A stretch of DNA of 64,000 nt, taken from Actinomycetes bacterium (GTDB lineage Bacteria > Actinomycetota > Acidimicrobiia > Acidimicrobiales > Palsa-688). Within the stretch, counting starts at the first letter, position 1. Every line of letters starts with the position of its first letter. The stretch lies in the NCBI GenBank assembly GCA_021847945.1, contig JAJZNG010000042.1, positions 7,709 through 71,708 of the forward strand, given 5' to 3'. Of this stretch, positions 8,235-16,976 are shown piece by piece. The position numbers and the translations under genes were made by a program. Below the pieces are notes generated by a model. It was given only the letters and a program-made list of their open reading frames with translations, ran no database searches and was not told the origin of the DNA.

Positions 8235-8588
8235 ATGACTACTGACGATGACGCCGGCCTGAGAGTGCGCGCTCGCGAGGAACTACTAGAACGCCGTTCA
8301 CCACATTTCGCGCTTTTGCCACCGCGAGCGCAGGAGGCAGCCAACGAAGCCGAGCGAATGCTAGATGAGGGAGAGTCTGATCCCGACGCCTTCGCGCGGA
8401 GGATGGGACATGACCGCGAAGCTCTCCAGCAGGCCAGGGACTTTTTCGCCTCTCTCGTCAGTGCACACTCTGACGACTTCCGTGCCAGTGAAGCTCTCAG
8501 GCTGGTCAACAGGGCCATGTCCAAGACCCCGATCGTCGACCCCCTGGACTGGAAGCCGCGCTGGCACCAACGTTTCCGCAGGCCGTGA
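8235..8588 (+). CDS. Hypothetical acidic, helix-rich protein
   Basis: 117-aa ORF with an ATG start and coding-like codon bias. It is followed by the GNRA hairpin GGGCC-GAAA-GGCCC at about 8617-8630. No recognisable domain. Confidence 0.4.
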   Translation: MTTDDDAGLRVRAREELLERRSPHFALLPPRAQEAANEAERMLDEGESDPDAFARRMGHDREALQQARDFFASLVSAHSDDFRASEALRLVNRAMSKTPIVDPLDWKPRWHQRFRRP

Positions 8589-8666
8589 GAGCGGTTCAGC
8601 CTGCGGCGCTCTGATAGGGCCGAAAGGCCCTTCCGCCCACAGTCCCCCCAGGCTCATAATACTTGA

Positions 8667-9899
8667 ATGCCATATCAATTCAGCGAGACCGGGTTGGAGC
8701 TCCAAGATCAGGTCCGTCGCTACATGGAAGCATTCGTCTATCCGAACGAGGAGCTCTACTACTCGCAGCTGGAGGGATCGACCGATGGGTACCCCCCGGT
8801 GATGGAGAAGCTGAAGGCGGCTGCTATCGAGCGCGGCCTGTGGAACTTGTTCCTGCCCGATCTCGAGCCCCATCATCCAGGTACAAAACTGTCGAATGTC
8901 GACTACGCTCCAATTTCGGAGGTACTGGGCCGGGTTGGGTTCGCGTCGGAGGCGCTCAACTGTTCTGCTCCCGACACCGGGAACATGGAGATCATCCACA
9001 AGTACGGTACCGACAGGGTGAAAGCGACTTGGTTAGAGCCGCTTTTGGCTGGAGAGATTCGCAGCGCCTTTTCGATGACAGAGCCGGACGTGGCGTCTTC
9101 GGACGCCACCAACATCGGACTTCGCATAGAGCGGACCCCCGATGGATACGTTCTGAACGGGAGGAAATGGTTCAGCTCCGGAGCGGCCTCCCCCCGCTGC
9201 AAAGTTCTCGTGGTGATGGGCCTTACCGACCCTGAGGGGCCGGCGCACCTACGCCAGTCGATGGTCGTCGTCCCAATAGACACTCCCGGCGTGTCGATCG
9301 GCATGCTGCCGAGCGTGTTCGGCTATAGCGAGATCGGCGGCCACCCAGAAGTCGTCTACAGGGATGTAAAAATTCCCTCCGACCATCTCCTGGGACAAGA
9401 GGGGGGAGGTTTCGCCATAGCCCAAGCCCGGCTGGGCCCCGGCCGGATCCACCATTGCATGCGTTCCATCGGCGTCGCCGAGCGCGCCTTGGAGCTCATG
9501 GTGTCCCGTTCATTGGAACGACACACTTTCGGCTCCTCCTTGGCACACAAGGGGCTCATACAGGACTGGATCGCAGAGTCGCGCATAGCGATCGACATGG
9601 CACGGGAATATGTAATGAAGGCAGCTCATCTGATGGACACCGTCGGCAGCAAAGCGGCCGCCACAGAAATCTCGGGTATCAAAGTGGCAGTACCGAGAAT
9701 GGCATTGGAGGTCATCGACCGTGCGATACAGGTTCACGGTGCGGCGGGCGTCACCCAGTTCACCCCGCTTGCTCACATGTATGCGGGGATGCGAACGCTG
9801 CGAATAGCTGATGGTCCTGACGAGGTCCACAAGATGACGATTGCCAGACGAGAGATCCGCCGCCATCAGCCGTCGTTTCGGATGGGATCTACGAGCTGA
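8667..9899 (+). CDS. Acyl-CoA dehydrogenase family protein
   Basis: 410-aa ORF with ACAD-like N-terminal, middle and C-terminal regions: 'FSMTEPDVASSDATN', 'LNGRKWFSSGA', 'AQARLGPGRIHHCMR', 'IQVHGAAGV'. Confidence 0.9.
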   Translation: MPYQFSETGLELQDQVRRYMEAFVYPNEELYYSQLEGSTDGYPPVMEKLKAAAIERGLWNLFLPDLEPHHPGTKLSNVDYAPISEVLGRVGFASEALNCSAPDTGNMEIIHKYGTDRVKATWLEPLLAGEIRSAFSMTEPDVASSDATNIGLRIERTPDGYVLNGRKWFSSGAASPRCKVLVVMGLTDPEGPAHLRQSMVVVPIDTPGVSIGMLPSVFGYSEIGGHPEVVYRDVKIPSDHLLGQEGGGFAIAQARLGPGRIHHCMRSIGVAERALELMVSRSLERHTFGSSLAHKGLIQDWIAESRIAIDMAREYVMKAAHLMDTVGSKAAATEISGIKVAVPRMALEVIDRAIQVHGAAGVTQFTPLAHMYAGMRTLRIADGPDEVHKMTIARREIRRHQPSFRMGSTS

Positions 9900-9929
9900 T
9901 CATCTTGGGGAAATCAAGGCTTGGGAGCG

Positions 9930-10982
9930 TCAAATGTCCCCCCCGACGAACTCCGAGATGGTAACACCCAGAGCCGCAAGCTCCCGAGCGAACCCAACCG
10001 GATCGTCGATCATCTCCGCAAGGCCGGCCGATCCGTAACGAGCGAGGCGCCCTTGCGCCGCCCAGCGCGCCGCGACGGCGCTTACCGCTGCAGCGATGAC
10101 AGCCGGCCTTCCTGACGTTCCGAGCGCCCGGGTCACGGCCTCGGAGCCGACGAAGCCTCTCATCTCTACCCTGACAGCACCGATCAATCCTTCTGGGTGG
10201 GGTCTGCGCAGCATCGGCAGAGGAGAGGTAAGCCTGTCCCGCCTGGTGGCTTCGATCCTGGAGGTTATCCTCCTCGCTGAGGGGTATGCGCGAACGAGGA
10301 GCATCGGATCCGCCAAGTAGGCCCTGTAGCAGTCGGCGCCTCCGACCGGATCGGCAAACCAAACTAGTTCGCGTCCGGAGCCTCCGGGTCTACGCCTCCA
10401 AGCGCCCTCTTGCCAGTCGACGGAGATGGCAGCGAGAGCTGAGTGGTGTCGTCGGGCGCACGTCGGCCCACCCGTGCCAGCACTGGCCACGTGGATTTCC
10501 TCAACCGAGTCGAAACCGCCCCGGTAGCCCCGCCCGTGACTGCCCCCTCCGAGCAGGCGGCTGAGAACACAAGACAATCCAGGGGCCATTCCGGTGCCCA
10601 GCATAAGGCTGCAATGGCGCTCCCGGGCGGCGTCGTCAGCTCTGAGGGCCCGACGTAGCACGCTCGGCTCGTCGACTGGTGTGACCAGGTGGCCACCTGT
10701 TTTTAAGCTACGTTCAACGTAGTGTCTGACCAGCTCTGGGGCTGTCACCACCGTGACATCCACGTCTAAATCGGCGGTGTCTGCGATGTTCCGGACAGAG
10801 ACTTTCAGGTCCGAGTCGGTGACCCCGGTGCCGTCTACAGTTCGGGGGGTAGACCCAGGTGTGGAGCGATTAGGACGCGGTTCTCGCTGCACCGCGACGA
10901 CGGATTCCACTTCGTCCGAAGCTGCGAGGAAACGGACTATTTTGGAACCTACGGCTCCTATTCCGATGACGGCTACGCGCAC
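9930..10982 (-). CDS. Saccharopine dehydrogenase-like NAD(P)-binding protein
   Basis: N-terminal Rossmann motif 'MRVAVIGIGAVGSKIV' (GTG start). 350 aa, with overall resemblance to the saccharopine dehydrogenase NADP-binding family. Confidence 0.6.
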   Translation of the reverse strand: MRVAVIGIGAVGSKIVRFLAASDEVESVVAVQREPRPNRSTPGSTPRTVDGTGVTDSDLKVSVRNIADTADLDVDVTVVTAPELVRHYVERSLKTGGHLVTPVDEPSVLRRALRADDAARERHCSLMLGTGMAPGLSCVLSRLLGGGSHGRGYRGGFDSVEEIHVASAGTGGPTCARRHHSALAAISVDWQEGAWRRRPGGSGRELVWFADPVGGADCYRAYLADPMLLVRAYPSARRITSRIEATRRDRLTSPLPMLRRPHPEGLIGAVRVEMRGFVGSEAVTRALGTSGRPAVIAAAVSAVAARWAAQGRLARYGSAGLAEMIDDPVGFARELAALGVTISEFVGGDI

Positions 10983-10995
10983 CTTGTGGACTTTT

Positions 10996-11145
10996 TCAGC
11001 CGAGATCGTCGGTGGATATTTCCCGCCACCCTCCGCGTTGAGGTGGGGTGCCGCCAGTTCCTCTGAGGCGGACGATCACCGCGATGACGGCGGTGACCCC
11101 GAGGGCCATCACGGTCCGCCGGACGAGTCGCACAGCCGGGATCAT
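10996..11145 (-). CDS. Possible small single-pass membrane protein (49 aa, below the ORF-track cutoff)
   Basis: Hand translation: 'MIPAVRLVRRTVMALGVTAVIAVIVRLRGTGGTPPQRGGWREISTDDLG'. It has an Arg-flanked hydrophobic helix and GC-rich third positions. It sits in the gap between the lipoprotein and dehydrogenase genes. Confidence 0.3.
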   Translation of the reverse strand: MIPAVRLVRRTVMALGVTAVIAVIVRLRGTGGTPPQRGGWREISTDDLG

Positions 11146-11212
11146 AGACGACTGTCCGGGCGGTAGACGGTACCGACTCCAAGAGCACGCTTGGAGATAG
11201 CCTACGAATCTT

Positions 11213-11731
11213 TTACGGCTGGGGGGCCACTGCCAGGGGAAGGTTCAGGGTCGGCTGACCGTCGGGGGAGGATCCAGTCCATGTGAGTGAAACAGCGGAG
11301 AACTGCAAGCCGTTAGCCGTCTGCTTTGCGCTGCCAAGGGTGAGTCGTGCAGTTGCGTTGACCGGTTTGCCGGACACGTACAGATGCACTGTGCCTACCC
11401 CGGCAGCGCTCGTGGACGACCAAGAAGTCCAGGTGATGCCGGTCACGGTGGTGGTGGCGTCCTTGGCTGAGTTGGCGCAGGTGACTAGGAGGGTTTCTGG
11501 TTCAAAAGCTCCGCCACCGCAATTGAACACGGTCGGAACCGTCCGGGATTGTGTTCCCGATCCGCCCGCTGTGGAAGTCGGTGTTTCGATTGTCACGGTT
11601 CCCTGAGTGGGGTTGATCTTTGTCACCGAGGTCTGGCTGGAACCACACGAAGCCAAGAGGAGAGTGCCCAAAACCAGGAGTGGGGGCTTAGAACTGCTTC
11701 GCCTCCTCTCGAATCGCATCAGACGCATCAT
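11213..11731 (-). CDS. Lipoprotein, unknown function
   Basis: Signal peptide with lipobox: 'MMRLMRFERRRSSSKPPLLVLGTLLLASCGSS'. The mature part is Thr/Ser-rich with two Cys. Start chosen at an internal Met of the track ORF. Confidence 0.7.
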   Translation of the reverse strand: MMRLMRFERRRSSSKPPLLVLGTLLLASCGSSQTSVTKINPTQGTVTIETPTSTAGGSGTQSRTVPTVFNCGGGAFEPETLLVTCANSAKDATTTVTGITWTSWSSTSAAGVGTVHLYVSGKPVNATARLTLGSAKQTANGLQFSAVSLTWTGSSPDGQPTLNLPLAVAPQP

Positions 11732-11876
11732 CTCCAGCCGACGACAGTCGTGACTTTGGCGGACGCGCCAGCCCGGCACAAGTTAGGTGGCTGTGCGAGG
11801 GCTCTCACCTTGCGATGATAGACCCCGAACCGCGTCGAGAATGACGAGGTACTCATTGTGCCAGCACCTGGATAAC

Positions 11877-14246
11877 TCAGGAAAAGAGTCCGTCACTCAT
11901 GGCCTCGGCTACTTCGACCTCGTCGATACCGAGAAGTTCTGGGTAGACCTCGAAGTTGTCCTCCCCTGGGTAGGCGGCAGGCCGACGGTAGGGTTCTAAA
12001 CTGGACTTGCCAAAAAGTGCCGGGAAGCGGTCGTAGGGTCGCTCGCCGAAGTTCGGGTGCTCGAAACGTCGCCACATGTCTCGCTCGTCGAGTTGGGGGT
12101 CGGCCATCAGGTCCCCAGCGTTTTGTATCCTGCCTGCCGGCACTCCGCCCTCTTGAAGGGTCCTCTCGGCGGCTGCGGTCGGCAGTGTCGCCACCCATCC
12201 GCCGACGAGCTCATCGACTTCGCCTATTCGGGTGACGCGCACGTGAGCGCCTGCTAGCGAGGGGTCGGCTTGCAGCCCGGTCGCCTCGAGAAGCCGGGCC
12301 CAGTCGGCGTCGTCGCGGCAGGTGACGGCAAGCCAGGACCCATCAGCACCGAGATAGCAATCGTTGGGTGCCATGGGGGTGAACCAGTCGCGGTTGCCCG
12401 CTGGTTGAGCTTCCCGGTCGTTGTTGAGGTAGTCGACGAGCGCCGGGCCGATCAGATAGCCGCCGGTTTCCATCTGGGAGATGTCGACGTGCTGGCCGAG
12501 GCCGCTGTGCTCACGCTCTTCGAGAGCGCCCAGCACGGCGAACGCCGCTGATAGGCCGGCAGCGTGATCGTTGAGGGAGAAGCCCGGCCCGATGTCCCCA
12601 CGCCCGGGCGGGTTTGTCAGATAGGTCAGCCCGCACAGAGCGTGGATCGTGGGAGCGTATGTGACCAGCTTCGACCACGGTCCGCTGTGGCCGCACCCAG
12701 ACATCGTGACGTACACGAGTCGCGGGTTCCACTGGGCTACCTGACCGTATGACAGGCCCCACCGGTCGAGGACCCCCGCCGAAAAATTCTCGATCAGCAC
12801 GTCGGCTGTTTCGAGCAGTTGGCGCATGACACCGGGCGCTCGCTCATGGCTCATGTTGAGAGTGACTGCCCTCTTCGAGCGGTTCCACTCGTAGAAGTAT
12901 GGGTGGGAAGGATCGTTGACCGTGGTCGCGCGCTGCTGGGTCTGCACTTTGATCACGTCGGCGCCCAGGTCGCCGAGGATCCGGGTGCACATCGGCCCGG
13001 CCAGGACGTGGCTTAAGTCGAGGATGCGAAGGCCGGCTAGCGGCTTGCCCGTCTCAGCGGAGGGACTTTCGTCCCCCGAATCGGTGTCCCCGGCGGAGGG
13101 AACCTTGCGTTCGAGAAAGCCCGTCTCCGAAAGTCTCCCTCCTCGGCTCCCGGGTGGAACTGGCCGAGGGGCTGGCGTGCGGCTGAAATGCGCTACGGGA
13201 CCTGGAATGGTCACCTGGGTCCCCTCCCAGTCAGCGTCACGGAAGAAGCCTCGGTAGCTGTGCTGCGGGTTGGCGGCCACCTGGGACACGCTCTGCACCT
13301 CGGCGAAGGCTATATGGCGGGACTGCGCCTCCTTGAACAGGTCTCCGGCATCTCTGGTGGTAGCGAACTCTCCGACTACCGCCATCACGGTGTCCAGGTC
13401 CCCTATCAGTTCCGCCAGAGGCCGCTTTGCGAGTTCGACCGCAGCTGGGAATCCCTCCTCTGCCATCCAGGCAAGCAGGCCCGGGGCGTTGGGGGTCGGT
13501 GTGACCATGGCCCAGCCGCGTCGGGCCGGCACCACCTTGTACGCGCGAATCCAGTGAAGTGACCCTTGGCGTTCGGCGACTTTGGGGTAGGGAAGCACGT
13601 CGTCGAACCAATACTGGAACAGCAACTGCTCGACTGTCGTGCAGACAGCCTCGTGAAGTGAAAGGTCTATCAGCTCGCCACAACCGGAACGTCGCGAGGC
13701 GCGCAGGGCGGCAAGCCCGCTGATAGCTGCTACGAAACCCGCCACGTTGTAGGTCTGCCTCCCCCACGAGTTGAGTGGCAACTCCGGCAGGCCGGTCAGC
13801 GACATCACGCCGCCGAGGGCGCCCGCCACCAGATCGCTGGTCTGCCAGTGCGAGCGCGGGCCGGTCCGCCCGAACGGCGTCAGCGAAACTTGCACGAGGC
13901 CCGGGTTGGTGCTTGCAAGGTCGGCGTGGTCGATTCCCAACGCCGAGAGTCTCCCCGGTGCTTCGGTTTCGACGAGTAGGTCACAGGAAGTGGCGAGACG
14001 TATGTAGGTGCTGCGACCCTCGTCGGTGTCGAGGTCGACTTCGGCCCTGCGCTTGGAGTTGTCGTACCACCAGTCGGCGACCCCGCCGACCTGCCTGGCT
14101 GCCGGGTCGACCATGGCAGGTCCGGCGGTGCCACTGCCGATGCGGATCACGTCCGCTCCGGCTTCGGCGAGAAGCTTCGTAGCGAATCGCCCGGTGTCGT
14201 TTGTCAGGTCAAGCACCCTTAGACCTTCAAGCGGACCCTGTGTCAT
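11877..14246 (-). CDS. Tandem-domain family III CoA-transferase (two CaiB/BaiF-type domains fused)
   Basis: There are two copies of the family III N-terminal signature, 'LEGLRVLDLTNDTGRFATKLLAEAGADVIRI' and 'LAGLRILDLSHVLAGPMCTRILGDLGADVIKV'. Start set at ATG 14246 ('MTQGPLEGL') with GAGGGAG upstream. Confidence 0.85.
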   Translation of the reverse strand: MTQGPLEGLRVLDLTNDTGRFATKLLAEAGADVIRIGSGTAGPAMVDPAARQVGGVADWWYDNSKRRAEVDLDTDEGRSTYIRLATSCDLLVETEAPGRLSALGIDHADLASTNPGLVQVSLTPFGRTGPRSHWQTSDLVAGALGGVMSLTGLPELPLNSWGRQTYNVAGFVAAISGLAALRASRRSGCGELIDLSLHEAVCTTVEQLLFQYWFDDVLPYPKVAERQGSLHWIRAYKVVPARRGWAMVTPTPNAPGLLAWMAEEGFPAAVELAKRPLAELIGDLDTVMAVVGEFATTRDAGDLFKEAQSRHIAFAEVQSVSQVAANPQHSYRGFFRDADWEGTQVTIPGPVAHFSRTPAPRPVPPGSRGGRLSETGFLERKVPSAGDTDSGDESPSAETGKPLAGLRILDLSHVLAGPMCTRILGDLGADVIKVQTQQRATTVNDPSHPYFYEWNRSKRAVTLNMSHERAPGVMRQLLETADVLIENFSAGVLDRWGLSYGQVAQWNPRLVYVTMSGCGHSGPWSKLVTYAPTIHALCGLTYLTNPPGRGDIGPGFSLNDHAAGLSAAFAVLGALEEREHSGLGQHVDISQMETGGYLIGPALVDYLNNDREAQPAGNRDWFTPMAPNDCYLGADGSWLAVTCRDDADWARLLEATGLQADPSLAGAHVRVTRIGEVDELVGGWVATLPTAAAERTLQEGGVPAGRIQNAGDLMADPQLDERDMWRRFEHPNFGERPYDRFPALFGKSSLEPYRRPAAYPGEDNFEVYPELLGIDEVEVAEAMSDGLFS

Positions 14247-14317
14247 GTTTCTCCCTCGTAGTTGGCGTCGCTTGAAGCTAGCTATTATCGCCTCGTCGGT
14301 GCCAGGAGTACCGCGGG

Positions 14318-15790
14318 GTGCAGGGTATGGGTCACAGTATTGGGGTGACCAGCAGCGATGATCGACGGTTCGGCACGCAGTCGGGGCCGGGATCGTCACC
14401 CAGCCTGTTCGAGCATGCCCTTGAGGAGCGTCTGCGTGAGAGGGGCCCGTTAGCGGCGAGATTGCGCCCCAGGCGGCTGGCTGACGTGGTCGGTCAAGAC
14501 CACCTGCTGGGGCCGAGGGGAGTTCTGACTGCGCTCATCGAGTCTGGCCGTCTCAGCTCGGTGATCCTCTGGGGGCCGCCAGGTACCGGTAAGACGACGA
14601 TAGCAAGGCTCCTAGCGGACTCTGTGGGCGCTGCATTCGAGCCCTTGAGCGCTGTGACAGCGGGTGTAAAGGACGTCCGTGAGGCTGCCGAGCGGGCCCG
14701 ACGGCGTCTCGCGGAGAGCTCCAAAGCTACCGTCCTTCTAGTAGACGAGGTGCACCGTTTCTCCAAGTCCCAGCAGGATGCTCTTCTTCCGAGCGTCGAG
14801 GACGGGACCTTAACCCTGGTGGGTGCTACCACCGAGAACCCCTTTTTCGAGGTGAACGGCCCGCTGCTTTCCCGATCGACGCTGCTTCGTCTGGAACCTC
14901 TGGGCAGGTCCTCCTTGGGGACTCTCCTGAGCAGAGCCCTGAGCCTGGAGGGGGCGTCTATCGAACCAGACGCTGCGGATGCCATCGTGAGCTCGGTGGA
15001 CGGTGACGGTCGTGCTTTGCTGACCACTCTCGAGGTCGCCGTCGCTGTCGCTGGGGAGGGCCGTAACGTGACGCTCGCCGACGTGGAGAAGGCTCGCTCC
15101 GCCCGGGCGCTCACCTGGGGTCGTGACGACCACTACGACGTGGTCAGCGCCTTGATCAAGTCGATACGCGGTTCCGATCCCGACGCGGGTCTGCACTGGC
15201 TGGCCCGGATGATCGTCGCGGGGGAGGACCCCCGCTTCATCGCGAGGCGTCTCGTCGTTCTGGCCAGCGAGGACATTGGAATGGCGGATCCGACGAGCCT
15301 GCTGGTCGCGACCGCCGCGGCGCAGGCCGTCGAGTTTGTGGGTTTGCCTGAGGCCCAGCTGAACCTTGCCCAGGCCGTCGTCCATCTGGCGACCGCGCCC
15401 AAGTCGAACCGGACCGCTTTGGCCGTGTGGGCCGCCCTAGAGGACGTGCGCTCCCGCCCCGGCGGACCGGTTCCCGCCCACCTGAGGGACGCCCACTATG
15501 GGGGAGCTGCGACCGTAGGTCACGGCGTTGGTTACAAGTACCCTCATGACTTCCCGGGGGCTTGGGTGGCCCAACAGTACCTGCCGGACGCTTTGATCGG
15601 GGTCCGGTACTACGACCCTTCCCCCTACGGACGAGAGTCCCGCCTGGCGGGTAACGCTAGGTCCGCGGCGCCAGCAGGTCCGCAGTCTCAGGAGACCTCA
15701 AGCGGGGTGGCCGGCGACTCGACCACCGGATCCGGGCGGAGCTCTCAACGTCCACATCCCGACACCCGTGATAAAAGCGACAGTTGGTAG
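14318..15790 (+). CDS. rarA: Replication-associated recombination protein A (AAA+ ATPase RarA/MgsA)
   Basis: Walker A 'GPPGTGKTT', Walker B 'LLVDEVHRF', and C-terminal MgsA-type region 'DHYDVVSALIKSIRGSDPDAGLHWLARM..EDIGMADP'. The exact start is uncertain. Confidence 0.9.
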   Translation: MQGMGHSIGVTSSDDRRFGTQSGPGSSPSLFEHALEERLRERGPLAARLRPRRLADVVGQDHLLGPRGVLTALIESGRLSSVILWGPPGTGKTTIARLLADSVGAAFEPLSAVTAGVKDVREAAERARRRLAESSKATVLLVDEVHRFSKSQQDALLPSVEDGTLTLVGATTENPFFEVNGPLLSRSTLLRLEPLGRSSLGTLLSRALSLEGASIEPDAADAIVSSVDGDGRALLTTLEVAVAVAGEGRNVTLADVEKARSARALTWGRDDHYDVVSALIKSIRGSDPDAGLHWLARMIVAGEDPRFIARRLVVLASEDIGMADPTSLLVATAAAQAVEFVGLPEAQLNLAQAVVHLATAPKSNRTALAVWAALEDVRSRPGGPVPAHLRDAHYGGAATVGHGVGYKYPHDFPGAWVAQQYLPDALIGVRYYDPSPYGRESRLAGNARSAAPAGPQSQETSSGVAGDSTTGSGRSSQRPHPDTRDKSDSW

Positions 15791-16966
15791 GGGGCTTGAG
15801 AGACGTGACGGGAGGAGCGCATACCCGGCGGCGGCCAGCGCTGCGACGCACAGAGCTAGAGCAGCGACCGGCCTTAGGTCAGCGGGGGAGACGATTGCCC
15901 TGAGCCAGCCTGGAGGCTTCGTTCGTTTCGAACGGACAGCTGCGGCGACGAGCAGCGTGGCGCTGAGAACGAAACCGAAAGCGATCCGCTCGCGAGAGGC
16001 AACGTCGGGTGTCACGAGAACCCAGCTGACCAGGCCCGCAAAGGCTACGAACAGCTCTGGGGCATCCACCACTAGCAGCGTCGCCTCGGCCAGGACCAGG
16101 TACGAGCTCCAGAGGATCGGGCTGAGGAGCAGGCTTGCCAGTATGAGCATTCCAAGCATCTGCCTGTCGGTGAACGTCCGGCGCTGCCGCCAGATTGCCA
16201 ACAGGCCGGCGCTTACGAGAAGCGGGGCGACCTTGGTGGCCACGGACACGTCCAACCCTGCTCCTATCATCAGAGAGGCGAGGGACCAGCTTCGGGCGGT
16301 CTCGTTGTGCTCTAGGGAGCTCAGCATCGCAAGGTAGGACCTCGGGCCGAGCGAGCTGAACGCCAGGCTGAGGCCGAGGGTTGCACACGCTGTTAGGACA
16401 GCCGACAAGGTGCTCGCTTTGCGGCGGGTGAGAACAGGCCAGGCCAGCAATGGCAGGAGGAAAAGCTTTGCGGATCCGATCATCCCCAAGAAGATCCCGG
16501 ACAGCAAGGGATGTCGGTTCCGAAGGTGCCAGGAGACTCCCAAACCACCCACGAGGAGGCCATTGATAGTGCCCATTTGCAGGCCAACGATTGTCGTGGC
16601 GCTCGCTATGACGAGCCCGGGGACGAGGGTCTCCCGTCGTCCCAGCAGCCTGGCACCACCGGCGATCGCAACGATGGAGGCAACCTCGAAGAGCCTCTCG
16701 GCGATGTGGATCGGCAGGAGCGCAAGGGGAGCGAACACCCACGCGACGAATAGCGGGTAGACGAAGGCGTGGCCTGATCGGAACTCCGGGGAGTTCACGT
16801 TCACATATGGGTTGGAGCCGTGCAGCACAGCCCGACCGGCGTCGATAAAGACGATCAGATCGAAAGGGGCTATCAGTCTGCCGAACAGCAGCCCGGCTAT
16901 GGTTGCGACACCGCCGACAACGGCGAACTGTCGCAGACTATCTCTGGACGGCGAGCGGAGAATCAA
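15698..16966 (-). CDS. GT87/DUF2029-type polytopic membrane glycosyltransferase (mannosyltransferase-like)
   Basis: 422-aa multi-TM ORF. The N-terminal region 'FDLIVFIDAGRAVLHGSNPYV..FVYPLFVAWVFAPLALLP' resembles DUF2029/PimE-like proteins. Confidence 0.6.
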   Translation of the reverse strand: MILRSPSRDSLRQFAVVGGVATIAGLLFGRLIAPFDLIVFIDAGRAVLHGSNPYVNVNSPEFRSGHAFVYPLFVAWVFAPLALLPIHIAERLFEVASIVAIAGGARLLGRRETLVPGLVIASATTIVGLQMGTINGLLVGGLGVSWHLRNRHPLLSGIFLGMIGSAKLFLLPLLAWPVLTRRKASTLSAVLTACATLGLSLAFSSLGPRSYLAMLSSLEHNETARSWSLASLMIGAGLDVSVATKVAPLLVSAGLLAIWRQRRTFTDRQMLGMLILASLLLSPILWSSYLVLAEATLLVVDAPELFVAFAGLVSWVLVTPDVASRERIAFGFVLSATLLVAAAVRSKRTKPPGWLRAIVSPADLRPVAALALCVAALAAAGYALLPSRLSSPLPTVAFITGVGMWTLRAPPGSGGRVAGHPA

Positions 16967-16976
16967 AGCCGGCAGC

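Noticed and set aside
13237-14182. Several 110-176-aa ORFs (both strands) inside the CoA-transferase gene
   Set aside because: They are Arg/Pro-rich alternative-frame artefacts within a gene that has strong domain evidence.
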